This document shows, in pieces, positions 1 through 12,919 of a stretch of 64,000 nucleotides of DNA. The stretch's first letter is position 1. Each line of letters starts with the position of its first letter. The stretch is from Camelus dromedarius (taxonomy: Eukaryota), in NCBI RefSeq assembly GCF_036321535.1, contig NC_087437.1:18106001-18170000 (forward strand), in the 5' to 3' direction. The position numbers and the translations under genes are program-made. Under the pieces are notes generated by a model, which was not told where the DNA came from, ran no database searches, and worked only from the letters and a program-made list of their open reading frames with translations.

Positions 1-330
1 GTGTCCCCCCAAAATTCACATTTTGAAATCCTAACTCCCCTGGGTGATATTAGGAGGTGGCACCTTTGGGAGGTAGTTTGGTCAAGAGGATGGAACCCTC
101 ATGGTTGGGATTAGTGTCCTTATAAAAAGAGACCCCAGGAAGCTTTCTTGTCCCTTCCGCCATGTGAAGACACAGGGAGAAGCTGAGTATCCATGAACAA
201 GGAAGCAGACACCAGATCTGCCACCATCTTGATCTTGAACTTCCCAGCCTCTATGAGAAGCAAATTCCTGTTGTTTGTAAGTCTCCCAGTCTAGGGTATT
301 TTGTGATAACAACCCAAACGAACTAGAACA
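1..330 (+). mobile_element. MaLR (ERVL-MaLR) solo LTR, MLT1A-like, truncated by window start
   Basis: Typical MLT1 motifs: 'gtgtccccccaaaattcaca', 'gggattagtgtccttataaaaagagacc', 'gccatgtgaagacacag', 'cttgatcttgaacttcccagcctc', ending 'aactagaaca'. Confidence 0.85.
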
Positions 331-1699
331 GATGGTTTTCTCTTCCAACCCTATGTTTTACACTTTGAGGAAACTGTTCAATATCTCCTGTTTACAAGAT
401 TTGGTTTCATGGGAACTGTTGCGGTTTCCAGGCCCCATTCACTCATGGAAGGCTGGGCAGGGACTCTGATGACACAGCCACGGGGGAATGACTAGCAGAA
501 GAGCTGGGAGATTCGCCCCTTTTGTTAGTGCTTTGCATCTGTCAAATGCCAATTCAGACTTCTATCAAAAGGCATATTTAAAAGGATATGTGTTACGGAA
601 ATTTGTTATCCATGCATTTTCAATGAAAGCCAATTCTATTAACTCCTCCGAAGCCCATGCTTTATAGCTGGGCTTTTAGGAGCAAGCCTTGAATAAACTT
701 TTCAGTGATTTCACAACACTGCCATTATGGCTGTTCCATTATGAATAAGATGAACATTTTCTTGAACAATTAGACGGGGTTGTGTAGAATAAAGAGTGAG
801 GTTTGTCGGAGATCACGGAAACCTATCTGCTTAGGTGATTCATTTTCTCCCAACAAGGCAGCCCATAATAAGCTTTTCTTCTGGAGCCTTGTCTTGCTTC
901 CCATTTCAATTAGTGACAATGACTGGAGAACAGGAGGAATATCTTCTTCATGTCCTTGGGCGGCAAACAAGGCTGGCCAGTGAAGAACAACGAGGGAGGG
1001 GAGGGGGCGCAGCGTGGGGGCAGGGGCGCAGCTGCAAGAAAACCAGCCTGCTTTCCCAGAGAGACTCCGCCGTGCTGGGGTGGGGTGTGGAGGAATCAGG
1101 TGGCAGAGCTAAAATGGGGAAGAAAGCCTCTGGGGCTTGGGTATAACCCAGCAGGGGTCAGGGGCGCCTCAGGCAGAGCAGTAGGCATAACACGACACTC
1201 AGCATCACTGCCTCACTCCACGACCAAGGCTGGTCTTATCCTTGACCCTGGCCCCTGAAATCTGGGACATATTGAACTGCCACACTTTCTACAAGTCCTC
1301 TGTGCATGTCTCGTTTCCTGACCCAGTTCTGCCCCATTGCTGTTTTGTACACAGAGGGTTTCCTCGTTCCCCGCCACCGGGCGGGTCCACTGATCATTCT
1401 TTGAGAGGTGATGTCAAGGTGAGAGAATCCAATATCACAAATTCATTCATTCATTCTCTCATTGAATCACTACTTCCTGGTACTTACCATCTACGCTGAT
1501 TTCTGGGCATCCCAACCATGGAGCCAGCAACTAGAGGCGAGCATTCTGCCTTTTTGTGTCTGCTCTCTCCTCCTCCAATACGGTCCCTTGTCCCCTGTAT
1601 CTAGAAATGGTTCATCTTTGACAAGCACTGACACTTGCCTCTCCATTATAGACCCTGTTTTGGGCACCTGCAATACTATTGTGACCAGGACACCACTCT

Positions 1700-2160
1700 A
1701 GGGTTAGTCTCCTGGGGCCCCTGTAACAAAGGGTCACAAACTGTAGGGTTGAAAACAACAGAAATTTATTCTCTTGCAGGTCTGGAGGCTGAGAAGTCCA
1801 AAATCAAGGTGTCAGCAGGGCCACCCTCTCTCCAAAAGCTCTTGGTGAGGAAGGAGCGCATCCTTCCTTGCCTCTTCCGAGTTTCTGTGGTTTGCCGGCA
1901 ATCCCTGTTACTCCTGGCCTTGCTAATGCACCGCTCCATTCTCTGCCACCATCATCATGGGACGCTGTCTCTTCAAATCGTCTTCCTTCTGCGTGTCCAC
2001 CTCTGTGTCTCTTCTTGTAAGGACATCAGTCATATTGCATTAAGGGCTCGCCCTACTCCAGAATGACCTCCCCTTACCTATTCATATCTGCAGTGATCCT
2101 ATTTCCAAATAAAGTCATAGTGCAAGGTTCCAGGAAGGACACAGATTTGGCAGAGGGTGG
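1700..2160 (-). mobile_element. MaLR solo LTR, MLT1C/D-like
   Basis: Reverse MLT1 hallmarks: 'ctgtaacaaa...cacaaact', 'aacaacagaaatttattctct', 'ggaggctgagaagtccaaaatcaaggtgtcagcagggcca', 'aggacatcagtcatattg', 'ctatttccaaataaagtca'. Confidence 0.85.
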
Positions 2161-2469
2161 GCAGGGGGAGGTGGGTATGTGTCCCTGCCACTTTCTTTGC
2201 ACCCCAGAGAAGGAAGAGGAGCACCAGGGGAGGCTGGCCCCACAGGCACTGTGCATCACCAAGTGATGACACTAGTCTACCCAGTACCCTGCTCTTCTGG
2301 GACTCAGAGTCTAGAGGGGAAGCAATACAATTAAAAAGTAATTGCCACCTTCAGTGACAGGCGATGTGAGGGAAGTCTGCACAAAGCCCAGAGGGAGACA
2401 CGGGTAAATGAGACATCAGCTCTGGAAGTTGGTCTGGAAGGTGATGTGAACGGAAAGAAGAGAGATGAT

Positions 2470-2649
2470 TATAAAATAGATAAGCAACGAGGGCCTACTG
2501 TATAATGCAGGGAACTATATTCAGTAGCTTATAATAACCTATAATGAAAATGATAATGAAGAAGAATATATGTATAACTGAATCACTTTGCTGTACACCT
2601 GAAACTAACACAACATTGTAAATCAACTATATGCCAATTAAAAAGAAAA
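2470..2649 (+). mobile_element. 5'-truncated L1 3' end (cetartiodactyl-type) with A-tail and probable TSD
   Basis: 'cagggaactatattca...tatgtataactgaatcactttgctgtacacctgaaactaacacaacattgtaaatcaactata' followed by an A-rich tail. Flanked by aaagaagagagatgat (2454-2469) and aaagaagggaaatgat (2650-2665), 14/16 match. Confidence 0.9.
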
Positions 2650-4710
2650 AAAGAAGGGAAATGATGTTCCCAACAGCTGCCCATCACCCCTGCAGCCTGT
2701 CTCAAGGGATCAGTGCAGGAGATACCATTTTTATTTTCTTTTTTGGAACGCCATATCTGTGAGCTGGCCCAGACCGCTGGGGGCCTGTCATGCAGCCTTT
2801 GTGCCTGGGCCCCAGCCAGCCAGGTGGCCTCCCCAGCTCCTTGCCCCCAGTCCCTGGCCCTCCACAGTGGGCCCCTTCATGGCAAGAAGAAGCAACGCAG
2901 AGGAAATGCGAGGGGGGAAGAGGGTTTCTCACCAAAGCCCATTCATTGCAGAGCTTCACAAAGGGGCCAACTGAAGCAAATGCACCCACCATCACTTGGG
3001 TGAGGAGGGTCCTAGCCTTCTCCTAGTCCCCAACCCCCAGCACCACAGTCCAGCAGTGCCCATGGGCCCAGCCTCCCTCAGGGCTCCTCTTCCCTCTCTG
3101 GGGTGCAAAGAAGGTGGCAGGAACACAAGTCTTCCCTAAATATCAACAAGAGAAGTCAAGGGAAAGAGCTGTTTGAATTTTTCTGTAAAATGAGAAGATG
3201 GAGGGGCAGACTGGAAGAACCTTACATTCAAAGGCAGAGAGAGACACAGCATAACCACTACCAGACCACCAACCAGCACGCCGACATGCACACATTCCAC
3301 AGTGTGACTTTGACTGGAAGAGGCTTCCCAGGTAGAAAGGTGCTTTTGGACCTGACTTAAGCCAGCACTCTCTCTCCAGCACCCTGTGCTCTACAGACAG
3401 CAGACTGGGCTGCTTTAAAAGTCCTTTCGGCAAGAATGTTTTATAGCCAACTTGGTCACTCTTCTGACATAGCAAATATGATAAAATTTGCTACCAAAGC
3501 TAGATCCTATATTAGAACCTGCACTAAATGTTGATAGCTTCCAGAATCACCCAGAGGAGGATAAGTGTGACAAGGCATTCAGTGTTTAGAGTTAGTGATC
3601 AGGACGCACACTGTTCAATAAAGCCCCTCGTTTGGCTGGGCAGATGCCCAGGGCACTGACGGTCATTCACAGCAGGGCCAAAACTGTGTCGGTTCCCACT
3701 CCCTTCCATTCTGAGGATATGGTCTATACCGTGTAAGATACAAAGATGTCACACCAGGGACCAGGGCAAGCCTGGACTGGGACAAAAAAGAGCTGGACTG
3801 CACGGTCTAACCTGGAAGCATGTCCCGGGTGTCCTGCCAGCCAGGGGAGGGTCTGACTTGGCCCCCACCTTGAGTCCTAGTACAAAAGGGCCCTTCCTGT
3901 TACTATACATATTAGGAAAGTTTGGACACCTCGACACCCCTTAGAAAAAATACAATACCCATTCTCCCATCCCCAGGGAGAAAAAGGACCGGACACCTGA
4001 GTCAACACCACTGTGTGTCATGGACCAGCATCTTAGCCATGAGACATGTCCTCCTCAGGCACCCCCACCCAGCACATCATGAGTTAACTGAGCTGCTTTC
4101 TGGATTTCTCAGAACCCTCTGTAATAAACAACCTGCTCCTCAGTTCTGGAAGCCCAGCTCTCCTCCTCCCTCCCTGTGGGTATCATCACCACCTCCTCAG
4201 TGCTACTGCTATTTCCTGAGACAGATGCTCCATCTGGATCCCTTGGACTCAAATGCTACTGCCTCTAGATTCAAATTCTTGCAGGGCACTTGCTGCTTCT
4301 ACAGGATGAGGTGAGAGGTGGTCTACCTCTACACAAAGCCAGCTGCCCCTTACTCCACCATCAGCACCCTCTTCTCAGGGGGATGTTGGAATCCCTTTGG
4401 GTCCTTTTGGAGCCCTGCCTGTTGTCCTGTGTCCTCTGTGTGAAGGTCATGGTGCTAGGACTGCATGGAACCCCCCACCAGGGGGGCATAGGCTGAGTGC
4501 TAATACATATGTCTTGTCTGCGGCAGAACAGAAAACAGAGGTCCACAGGCAGCCAGCCGGGCTCTGGTCTGAAAAGCAAGACTCAGAGTGAAGGGAGTGC
4601 GTCCTTCCTCCTTGTGGGCCACATATTGCCTCCAGTGGGTCGTACCTTTCTTTGGGATAATAGAGAAGACTGTTAGACTATTTGTTCTTCACTAAATAAA
4701 ACTCTTTCTA

Positions 4711-4881
4711 GGAGGGAGGGTATAGCTCAAATGGTAGAGCGCATAGCATGCACGAGGTCCGGGTCCAATTCTCAGTACCTCCACTGAAAAAGTAAATAAA
4801 TAAACCTGATTACCTCCCCACTGCAAATACATATATATATAATATATATTATATATATAATATATATATAAAATAAATAAA
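4711..4881 (+). mobile_element. tRNA-Ala-derived SINE (camelid type, vic-1-like) with (TA)n/(AAAT)n tail
   Basis: tRNA-like head 'gggtatagctcaaatggtagagcgcatagcatgcacgaggtcc...cagtacctcca' (A box, degenerate B box), body 'taaataaacctgattacctcccc', AT-rich tail. Probable TSD taaataaaactct (4693-4705) / taaataaacctct (4882-4894). Confidence 0.85.
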
Positions 4882-6799
4882 TAAATAAACCTCTATAATA
4901 ACCAAGTCCCCAAGACTCTCTTTTGATTGGAATAAATCTGATCAGAGAAGAATTTTTCTCCTGATACCTATGCAAGAATAGACACTTTTCCAATGCTGAT
5001 AAGATGCACTTAGGTTGCATGACAAAAGAGGTTTTGACTGTCAGGTCCTAGAGACAAAAAAGTCAATGCATACCAGTTGTCCTTTGCTTGTCTGAGTTTT
5101 CAGTCACTTCCTCCTCACCCTTCGTCTTCCTCTCCCTCCTCCCTCGCCCCCTCATCCTCGCTCCTCTCCCTTTGTCTCTCTCTCCTGTCTCTGAGAGCAG
5201 GTTTCTGCTGCCACATACATTGAGGAGGGGCATCATTACTCCTCTGAACGCTCCTTGGCCCACAGGAATGAATCCACACTTACTTATAGCTTCTTCTGCT
5301 TCCCTTTTGTCTGAGGTCATCATGCCCCACTCAGCACCAGAGGATGGTTTTTCCAGGACAGTAATACCCAAACCTCCACCCACACCAACCTCCTCATGAT
5401 ACAAACGTGGCTATAATGTACTTGGCAATTGGCTCCTTTTCTCAAATAAGAGCAGCTGAAGTTCTTCTCTTGGGCCAGAGCCGAGAGGGACAGATGGAAA
5501 AGGAAGCCATGGCCCGTGGTCATTTAATTATCTCCCTTTCCCATGAACGTCCACTTCTGCACAATACCTTTTTCTACCGTCTTTACTTTGGGGCTTTTTG
5601 TGACAGTGATGACTGTCTGAAAAATACTCTTCTTTATGAAGCTCCCAATATTGTGACCCCCGTGTTTTACAGGATTGAAAAATTGAGCTCCTACTTATCA
5701 TGTTACAAGTGTTTTTGTGACAATTTTTCCTAGCCTATAGCTGTGACATGCCGATATACTCCTCCACAGATTTGTCATCATTTGGGTCATTTCAGAGCAG
5801 AGCTCTTAGGGTTTCCCTTCTATGGCTCTCAGCCTCTCGAAATCTTCCCAGTGGACTTTCTCTCAAGCCTCAACCCCACCCTGGAGTTGGAACCACTGAC
5901 TAAGAGTTATTTGTTTTATGATTGCTCTGGAAGAGTCTCTGGAAGCCATGAAGGGTGTCGGCCAGCCCCCTTCCCAGGCCAGTCCCAGGCTCTTGAGTTT
6001 CCTGGATGTCACTCCTTCTCAGCAGCTAAGGCCCTACTGATAAAGAACGTGGAATTCATCGTCCACTAGACCTCCCATCCACTGCTGCCCTGAAGCATGC
6101 AATTTACTGCTGATAAGTGAGGAGCTGTTATCAGCCCACACTCAGAATGCTACTCCATACATCTCAAACATATTCTCGATAGCCCACTTCAGCTCTAGAA
6201 ACTGCAGATATGAATGGGGACAGGACTAGGGTATCAGGCCTCACTGTCAGAAAGAAGGCACAAGGCTTCTTCCTGTTCTCTGCAATTCTCTGGGTGCAAC
6301 CTTCCACCCACAACCACCCACCAACCTTCCAAGCCAGCTCATACACGGCAAGAAAGGCTTCAGGGCAGCCAAAGGTGGACAGGAGTGGAATGGCCATTCC
6401 AATCATGTTGGCTGCTGATCACATCACCTCTCACCCAACAGCTCAGGGCCAGAGCCCTGCCCTTCTCTTTCAGTGCCCCAGGCTGCCCAGTCCATGTGCC
6501 CTCCGGCAGGAGACCCTCCTTCTAAGCTGGAAATTGCAAGTTAAATTAGAGAGGAGCTTGGCAAATCACTCATTACACCCAGCAAACCCCTAAACTCTCC
6601 TTAGTTCTCCAGGACAGGTGTTGAGGCTGAGGTCTTAGCCTGGTTAATACAAGATGCAGAACTGTCATCAGAGAAGAAATAAGGTAAGTCACCAGCACCT
6701 TAAGTGGTTCTCACATCCCCCTGAAGTCCTTGCAGCATAATATGTCATCCAGAGACACGAGCATCTCCACGGGGTTCCTAATCTCAGCCACCTTCTCCA

Positions 6800-7232
6800 C
6801 CTCCCCTCACTCCCTGCTCTCCCTACATGGGCTCTTTCCTGTCCTAGAACACACTCCTTCCCCACCTCACAGCCTGAGCGCGTGCTGATACCCCTGCCCG
6901 GAATAATTTCCTCTGGTCTCCTCATTGCTGGTCTTTTTCTTCCAGTTTCGGGAGTCCTCGGAGGACGCCTTTGTGATCTGCCTAAAGCAGCCCCTCATCC
7001 CCACTTGCTTCCAATTTCTGCACCCTGATTATCTCCACTCATGCACCCACAGGTGGTTCAAATATTCAGGTATTTGGTAAGCTGACCTTGGCCTGATGCC
7101 CTGCCCTGCCCCATGAGGCCAACATCTCATCTGTGTTATTCACCACGCTCCTCAGGCCCTCTAACACCGCCTGTAACATACATAGGGCACTCCATGAGTG
7201 GTTATCAGATGGATATTGAAAGAAGAAATGAA
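6800..7232 (+). mobile_element. Degenerate L2 3' end
   Basis: L2a-like run 'ctctttcctgtcctagaacacac...cccctgcccggaat' and 3' end 'catagggcactcc...gaaagaagaaatgaa'. Confidence 0.5.
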
Positions 7233-7739
7233 GTTTCAGGGGTGGTCTCTTTATCCCTGATGCCCTTGAAATGCTACCAGAGTGTGTCCAGGCTGAATAT
7301 CTTTTTAGGAATTCTGCTCGGTATCAGTAGGGTCTTGGAATCTGAGGACACTGGTTCTTCTTCAGCTCTGGAAGGATGATCTGGTCTAATTTATGTCCTC
7401 CACCACCCTCATTCTCTCTTCTCTGTTCTGGCCTCCTGAAATTCCCACGGGACAGTTATTGGACCTGATAAGTCTATGCTTCGTGTTTCTTCATTTTTCT
7501 TTGTATTTCTGTCTCTTGGTCCTTAGGTACTGCTTCAATTTTCAAATTGCAAATTTTCCCTTCAGCTCTGGCCACTCTGTTACTTAGCCCATTTACTGAG
7601 CATTTCATTTCAACAACTGTGTTTTTCATTTCAGAAATTTCTAACTGCATCTTTTACATTAAAAAAAAATTCTTGTTTTATCCTTCTTCATGGCACTTTT
7701 TGCCAATTGACAGCTTTTTAAAAAAACTTATTTATTAGC

Positions 7740-7862
7740 TCTTGCTCCTATCACTAGAATCTTAATTCTAAAAGAGGAGGAGCTATTTTGGTCATTGCTG
7801 TATTCTCAGCGCATACATAGTACGTGGCACATAACAGTTTGTTGAATAAATTGAAGAAATTA
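7740..7862 (+). mobile_element. L2 3' terminal fragment
   Basis: 'cactagaat...ttttggtcattgctgtattctcagcgcat...gtggcacataacagtttgttgaataaa'. Confidence 0.6.
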
Positions 7863-7981
7863 ATGGGATATCTTTTAATATCTTTCTAAAGAGAATAATT
7901 GTACTTTGCTTAAAATATTTTATTACTTCCACCATTAACTGTTTCTTAGATATCAGTTTGCCGTCTTCATCTAATCTCCTC

Positions 7982-8056
7982 TCTACTTTATGGATGCAGC
8001 ACCTGAGGCTCCGAGAGGCTATAAGTAACTTTTCAGGTTCACACAGCTAGGAGGTG
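7982..8056 (-). mobile_element. MIR core fragment
   Basis: 'tttatggatgcagcacctgaggctccgagaggctataagtaactt...ttcacacagctag'. Confidence 0.6.
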
Positions 8057-8574
8057 TGGGGGCTGGTTTACATCATGATGATAATGAAGATCTGTCAGGA
8101 TTGGCATGCTAATGACGGTAGCACGGTAGGAGAGGAATCCTTTGTTTTATGTATTTATTCTAGAGGCCTCCCTCACTTCAAACTATTAGGTCTATCTGGG
8201 TTTTCTGTCAAGAAAAATTATATATGGCTCCCATAGGTAGCACAAGGAGGGTCATGCCTCCAATATTTCCCTAATAGAATACTTCGTCTATTTCATTAAA
8301 AATAGTGCCTCTCATGAGGTTACTTTCTGATCTAAAGATCAGTTTTACACACGTTGTCCGCTGTATTGTGAAGCAGCACCGTCCATACTATTTAATTTCA
8401 AAGATAAGTGACTTTGGAATTAAACACACCCATCTCTTCCTGGCTGTCTGATCTTGGGTTTTGTAAGATAAATAGATTTTAATTGCAGTTTTTCATGGTT
8501 ATAAGCAGTACATGCTAGGCTGTCATTAATTAGTAGTTACTATAAGCATTAGTGGAAATCTCATGAGTCACCAG

Positions 8575-9166
8575 TAAGAAATGTACAATATGGAGAGTAC
8601 AGTCAGTGACTGTGTAACACCTTTGTGTGTGACAGGTGGTAACTAGGTTTATCTTGGTGACCATTTTGAAGTGTATAGAAACATCAAATCACTATGTTGT
8701 GTTACAAGAACTAACATAGTATTATAGGCCAATTATACTTCAGAGACAAACTCGTAGAAAAAGAGATTTGATTGATGGTTGCCAGAGGTGGGGGTTTAAG
8801 GGAGGGGGAACTGGATGAAGATGCTCAAAAGACACAAACTTCCAGTTACAAGATAAACAAGTACTAGAGGTGTAATGTACAACATGATAAATACAATTAA
8901 CACTGCTGTGTGTTATATATGAAAGTGAAGGGGGTAAATCCTGAGTTCTCATCACAAGAAAAAAAGGTTTTCTATTTCTTTAATTTTGTATCTATATGAG
9001 ATAATGGATGTTCACTAAACTTATTGTGGTCATCATTTAACGATATCATCACTTCATGATATCATCACTTCATTTCATGACGTAAGTTAAATCACAATGC
9101 TGCACACCTTAAACCTATATAGGGCTGTATGTCAGTTACATCGCACTAAAACTGGAAGGAAAAAAG
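8575..9166 (+). mobile_element. L1 3' UTR (laurasiatherian-type) with A-tail
   Basis: 'aaatcactatgttgt', 'ggttgccagaggtggggg', 'caaacttccagttacaagataaacaagtactagaggtgtaatgtacaacatg', 'ctgcacaccttaaac', 'aaaactggaaggaaaaaa'. Contains a perfect 16-bp tandem duplication gatatcatcacttcat x2 (9042-9073). Confidence 0.85.
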
Positions 9167-10980
9167 AGCGATGTAACACATACACTTTTAGTTTGAGCAA
9201 GATTTCTGACCACCCTGGATTTTATTTTGAAATTTTGATCCAAAGGATCCTTTCATTTTCCATATTTTTCCCACAAAACTCCAGCTTTGGTTAACATCAT
9301 CCTCAAATCGATGTTCTATTATTGTTCCCCCCAAAACTTTTATCTCTTGCCCCTTGGAAGCTGAGAACTCTTTCCATGCAAACTAAATGAAAGCAGTTGG
9401 TTTCCCAAATCAGTTAATAAACTTTAGTAAATTGTTGCTGAATCTGAAGAAATAAGGAAAAATCATCACTCCCCCCCCCCAAAAAAAAACCCATGGTAAA
9501 CAAGGCTTGCCTACATTCCACACAGCAGCGTATTAGGAGGCATTGAATACACACAAGCCACTGAAGAAAGGGAAGCTGAGGGAAATGTTTTCATCAGAAG
9601 AAATGGCAAAACTTATGGGGGATATTGAGCATGTAAGTCCTTGAACTGAGACTGACTGAGGAAAAAAATTTATGAAAAGAGTGTCTGTCTGAATAATAGG
9701 GTAACTAGCGACCTTGAACACAGGAGTGTCGAATAGGAGTGAAACAATGACATCTTTTTAGAACAGAGAATAATACTCATAAGAGGTAATTTTTAAATGA
9801 AAGACAGTATGTTCTATAATAGAAATCCTGAGGGCCTGAACCACTATGTAATTCATAGAGGGGAACACCAGTGGCCTTGCCTTGATGCCCACAGCTAAGA
9901 GAAGGGAGAGAGGCTTGAAATAAGATTATTAATTTCCTTGGAATGGGGCCAGCGTGACACCCCCTTGCAAAGCTTCGCCAGATTCTTACAAGATCACAGT
10001 GAACAATGAAATTGAATGAATACGCAAAATCAAAAGCCAAGGCACATCTGGTTACGCTGACAAGACGTTGCATTGTTTGCTCTTTAAAACAAAAACACCT
10101 TGTCATCCTGCCTTCCTTAGACTTTGTGAAAGTTCCCCTAAGTAAGAAAGACATTTTCGTCCAATTCCAGGCAAAAGCAATGGAGCATAAAATATTGTAG
10201 ATCTTTGATGGCAAAAAGATAAACATCAAGAAAAAAATGATGATTTTGCTGATCTTGACTCAAATATATTTGGGAAACTATAGTCGACTTTGTTGTTTCT
10301 GTCTACCCAGCATCCCTCCCCTCCTTTGGGGCACCCTGTCCTTCTTCCGGGGACCCACCTCTCCCTTTGGGGAACAGCTCCTGCCCCTTTGCACAGGAGC
10401 TGGTGGGATTGCCGGGCGAAGACTTTGTGTAGTGTTTTCCCACCCTCCTCTCTTTCCTGGGTTGGGGATGTTGGTAACTTGTCTTTCTCCATTGGTCACA
10501 AGCTCTAAGGAAGTGGCTTTAGAACTGCTGGTGGAAGAGTTAAGTTTAGTTTTTGTTGTCATTGTTGTTGGAAAATCTCATTGGCAGTTCTGCCTAATGA
10601 GTGTCCTTTAAAAAGGAGCCTAATGGGTTAAAAATTAAAAATAAGGCAAGAAATCCATGCTTGAGTGTTCATGTATGAATGACATAAAGTTCAGAGGGAT
10701 GATGAAAACATATCATAAACAGGATTTTAAAAACCTGGAAAACCAGAAAGAAGGAATATGACTCACAAGATAAAGCTGAGGGGATTGTTCCTTGAAGAGA
10801 CTGGAGTGGTTCATCACGGGGGAGTTTCTGATTCTCATCTTCCCTTACCTGAAGGGCTACCCTGCGGAAGAGGCAAAGCCTTGTTCCAGGTGACCTGTAG
10901 AGTAAACCTAGTATTCTGGATTTGCTCTCAGCAGTCCTGTCCACGGTCCCAGTTTTAACAGCCACTGATGATGGCTTTCC

Positions 10981-11380
10981 TGGTTAGCTATTGCTGTGTG
11001 ACAAACTAACCCGAACTCAATAGCTTAAGACAGCCATTGTATAATTTTATAATTTTGTGAGTCAGGACTTAAGGCAGGACTAAGCTGGGTCTTTCTTCTG
11101 CTGCACGTAATGTTAACAGGGATCACTAGGTGGTGTCATTCTGGTGTAGAGCATTCAAGACACCCTCACTCACATGCCTGGTCCTTAGCAGGTACGGCTT
11201 GAAGGCTGGGCTCACCTGGGCACCTCTCCTCTCCATGTGGTACCAGGGCCTCTCTGTGTGTTTCCACCAGCAAAGCTGTCAACCTTCTTACATGACAGCA
11301 CAGTACTCCAAAAGCATGTGTTCCAAGACACAGGGGTAGAAGTTGCCTGTCTCTTAAGGCCTGGGCCATACACTGGCACA
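10981..11380 (-). mobile_element. MaLR solo LTR, MLT1G/H-like
   Basis: 'gttagctattgctgtgtgacaaactaacccgaactcaatagcttaa', 'tcactcacatgcctgg', 'gaaggctgggctc', 'ctccatgtgg', 'cttcttacatg', 'cttaaggcctggg...ctggcaca'. Confidence 0.75.
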
Positions 11381-11389
11381 CTTGTGTGT

Positions 11390-12092
11390 ACTTGCAGTGT
11401 ACAACATGATGTTTTGATATATGTATATACTATGAAGTTACTACCACAATCAAGCTAATTAACATGTCCATCACCTCACATTATTTTCTTTTTTTTTTTT
11501 TCATTTGTGGTGAGAATACTTAAGACCTACTCTTTTAGCAAATTTCAAGTATACAATACGGTATTATTAAGTACAGTCACAGTGCTATACATTAGATCTC
11601 TGGAACTTATCATCTGACATAACTGAAACTTTGTACCCTTTGGCCAACATCTCCCCATCTTCCCCTCTGCTTATTTTACTCGCTGCTTCAGTGAATTTGT
11701 CTTTTTCAGAGTCTGCATGTGAGTGAGATCATCCAGTGTTAGTTTTTCTGTGCCTGGCTTATTTCACTCAGCACAGGGTTATCCAGGTTCATCCATGTTG
11801 TCACAAATGACAAGCTTTCCTTCTTTTTTAAGGCTGAATAATAATCTGCTATTTACGTATACCACATTTTCTTTATCCATGTATCCATTGATGGACACTG
11901 AAATTGATTTCACATCTTGGCTATGGTGAATAGCACCGTGATGAACGTGGCAGTGCAGATTTCCCGCCGAGATACTGATTTCATTTCCTTCGGGCATATA
12001 CCCAGACGTCAGAGGGCTGGACCCTCTGGTAGCTCTAGCTCTATTTTTAATTTTTTGAGGAATCTCCTGATCGTTTTCCATAGTAGCTATAC
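11390..12092 (-). mobile_element. L1MA8/9-like 3' region
   Basis: 'gtgtacaacatgatgttttgatatatg', 'caatcaagctaattaacat', 'gtggtgagaatacttaagacctactc', 'tgtgcctggcttatttcactcagca', 'tttttgaggaatctcc'. Confidence 0.9.
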
Positions 12093-12919
12093 TGCTTATT
12101 ATGTTTTAAATTATACTCACAGTATTTCCATTTTTATAAGTTAAGTCTGGTTCCTTTTCCGATCTGGAGATTCTGTATGAGTTCTTATTTCACACTCATA
12201 CTTTCAGACTTGTCTTTGTCTCTTTACATATGATACATATGGCTGTTTTATTTTCTGGCTCTAATCATTCCAGTATCTGTAGTCTCTGAGGGTCTGTTTC
12301 TAGGGTCTTGTGTTTCTGCTTGTTCTCACTCATGTTGCCTTGTTTCCATGAGTGTTTAGTTACTTTCTCTGCAAGTTGCTTTGAAAGTGAATAGAATTAT
12401 AATGCATTATCACTTTAATGTATTTAGATTCTTGTTAGAACTTTGTCTACCCATTTCACTCATGATTTGGACATATAGATCATATTCATATCTGAAACTA
12501 ATCTATAGATTTATTTTATAGGACATATATGGATGCTATATGTAGTTAACCTTCCAGATTTCCTGTCCTCACTTATATTTTAGCCTTGTTTTCCTCACAT
12601 TTTCTGTGAGACTTTTTTATTTTCTCACCAAAAAGATTTATTTTTTATTTTATTTTTTCAAGCCTGGAATCATTACCTACCCAGGGTCACTTAAAATCAG
12701 TCCTCAGCTTGAGGTATTTTGGTCTGCCTAGGAATCTGAATTTAGGCAAAAAATTTGGGTCACAAATTATCAGGAAGATATTTCGCCCTTGCTTCCTTGT
12801 TAGTCCCCCGGTGTCTTTAAAATGTATTTTGATAATTTATCCATCATTTTAAATTGCTTTCAGTGAGAGAATAGATCAAGAAGCCTAGTCTGCCATATTG
12901 CCAAGAAAATAAGGAGTCC

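Noticed and set aside
8575..9166. Apparent chimera of two tandem L1 3' ends
   Set aside because: As I recall, this doubled 3'-UTR layout is a normal feature of a laurasiatherian L1 lineage, not a local event.
10375..10402. Hairpin cagctcctg-N10-caggagctg
   Set aside because: Only a 9-bp stem, too short for a pre-miRNA and expected by chance in 64 kb.
10933..10953. REST/RE1-like site (ctgtccacggtcccag)
   Set aside because: Only one half-site matches well; the second departs from GGTGCTGA at several positions.
11779..12081. ORF with protein-like text
   Set aside because: Lies entirely within a decayed L1MA element; it is an L1-derived off-frame ORF.
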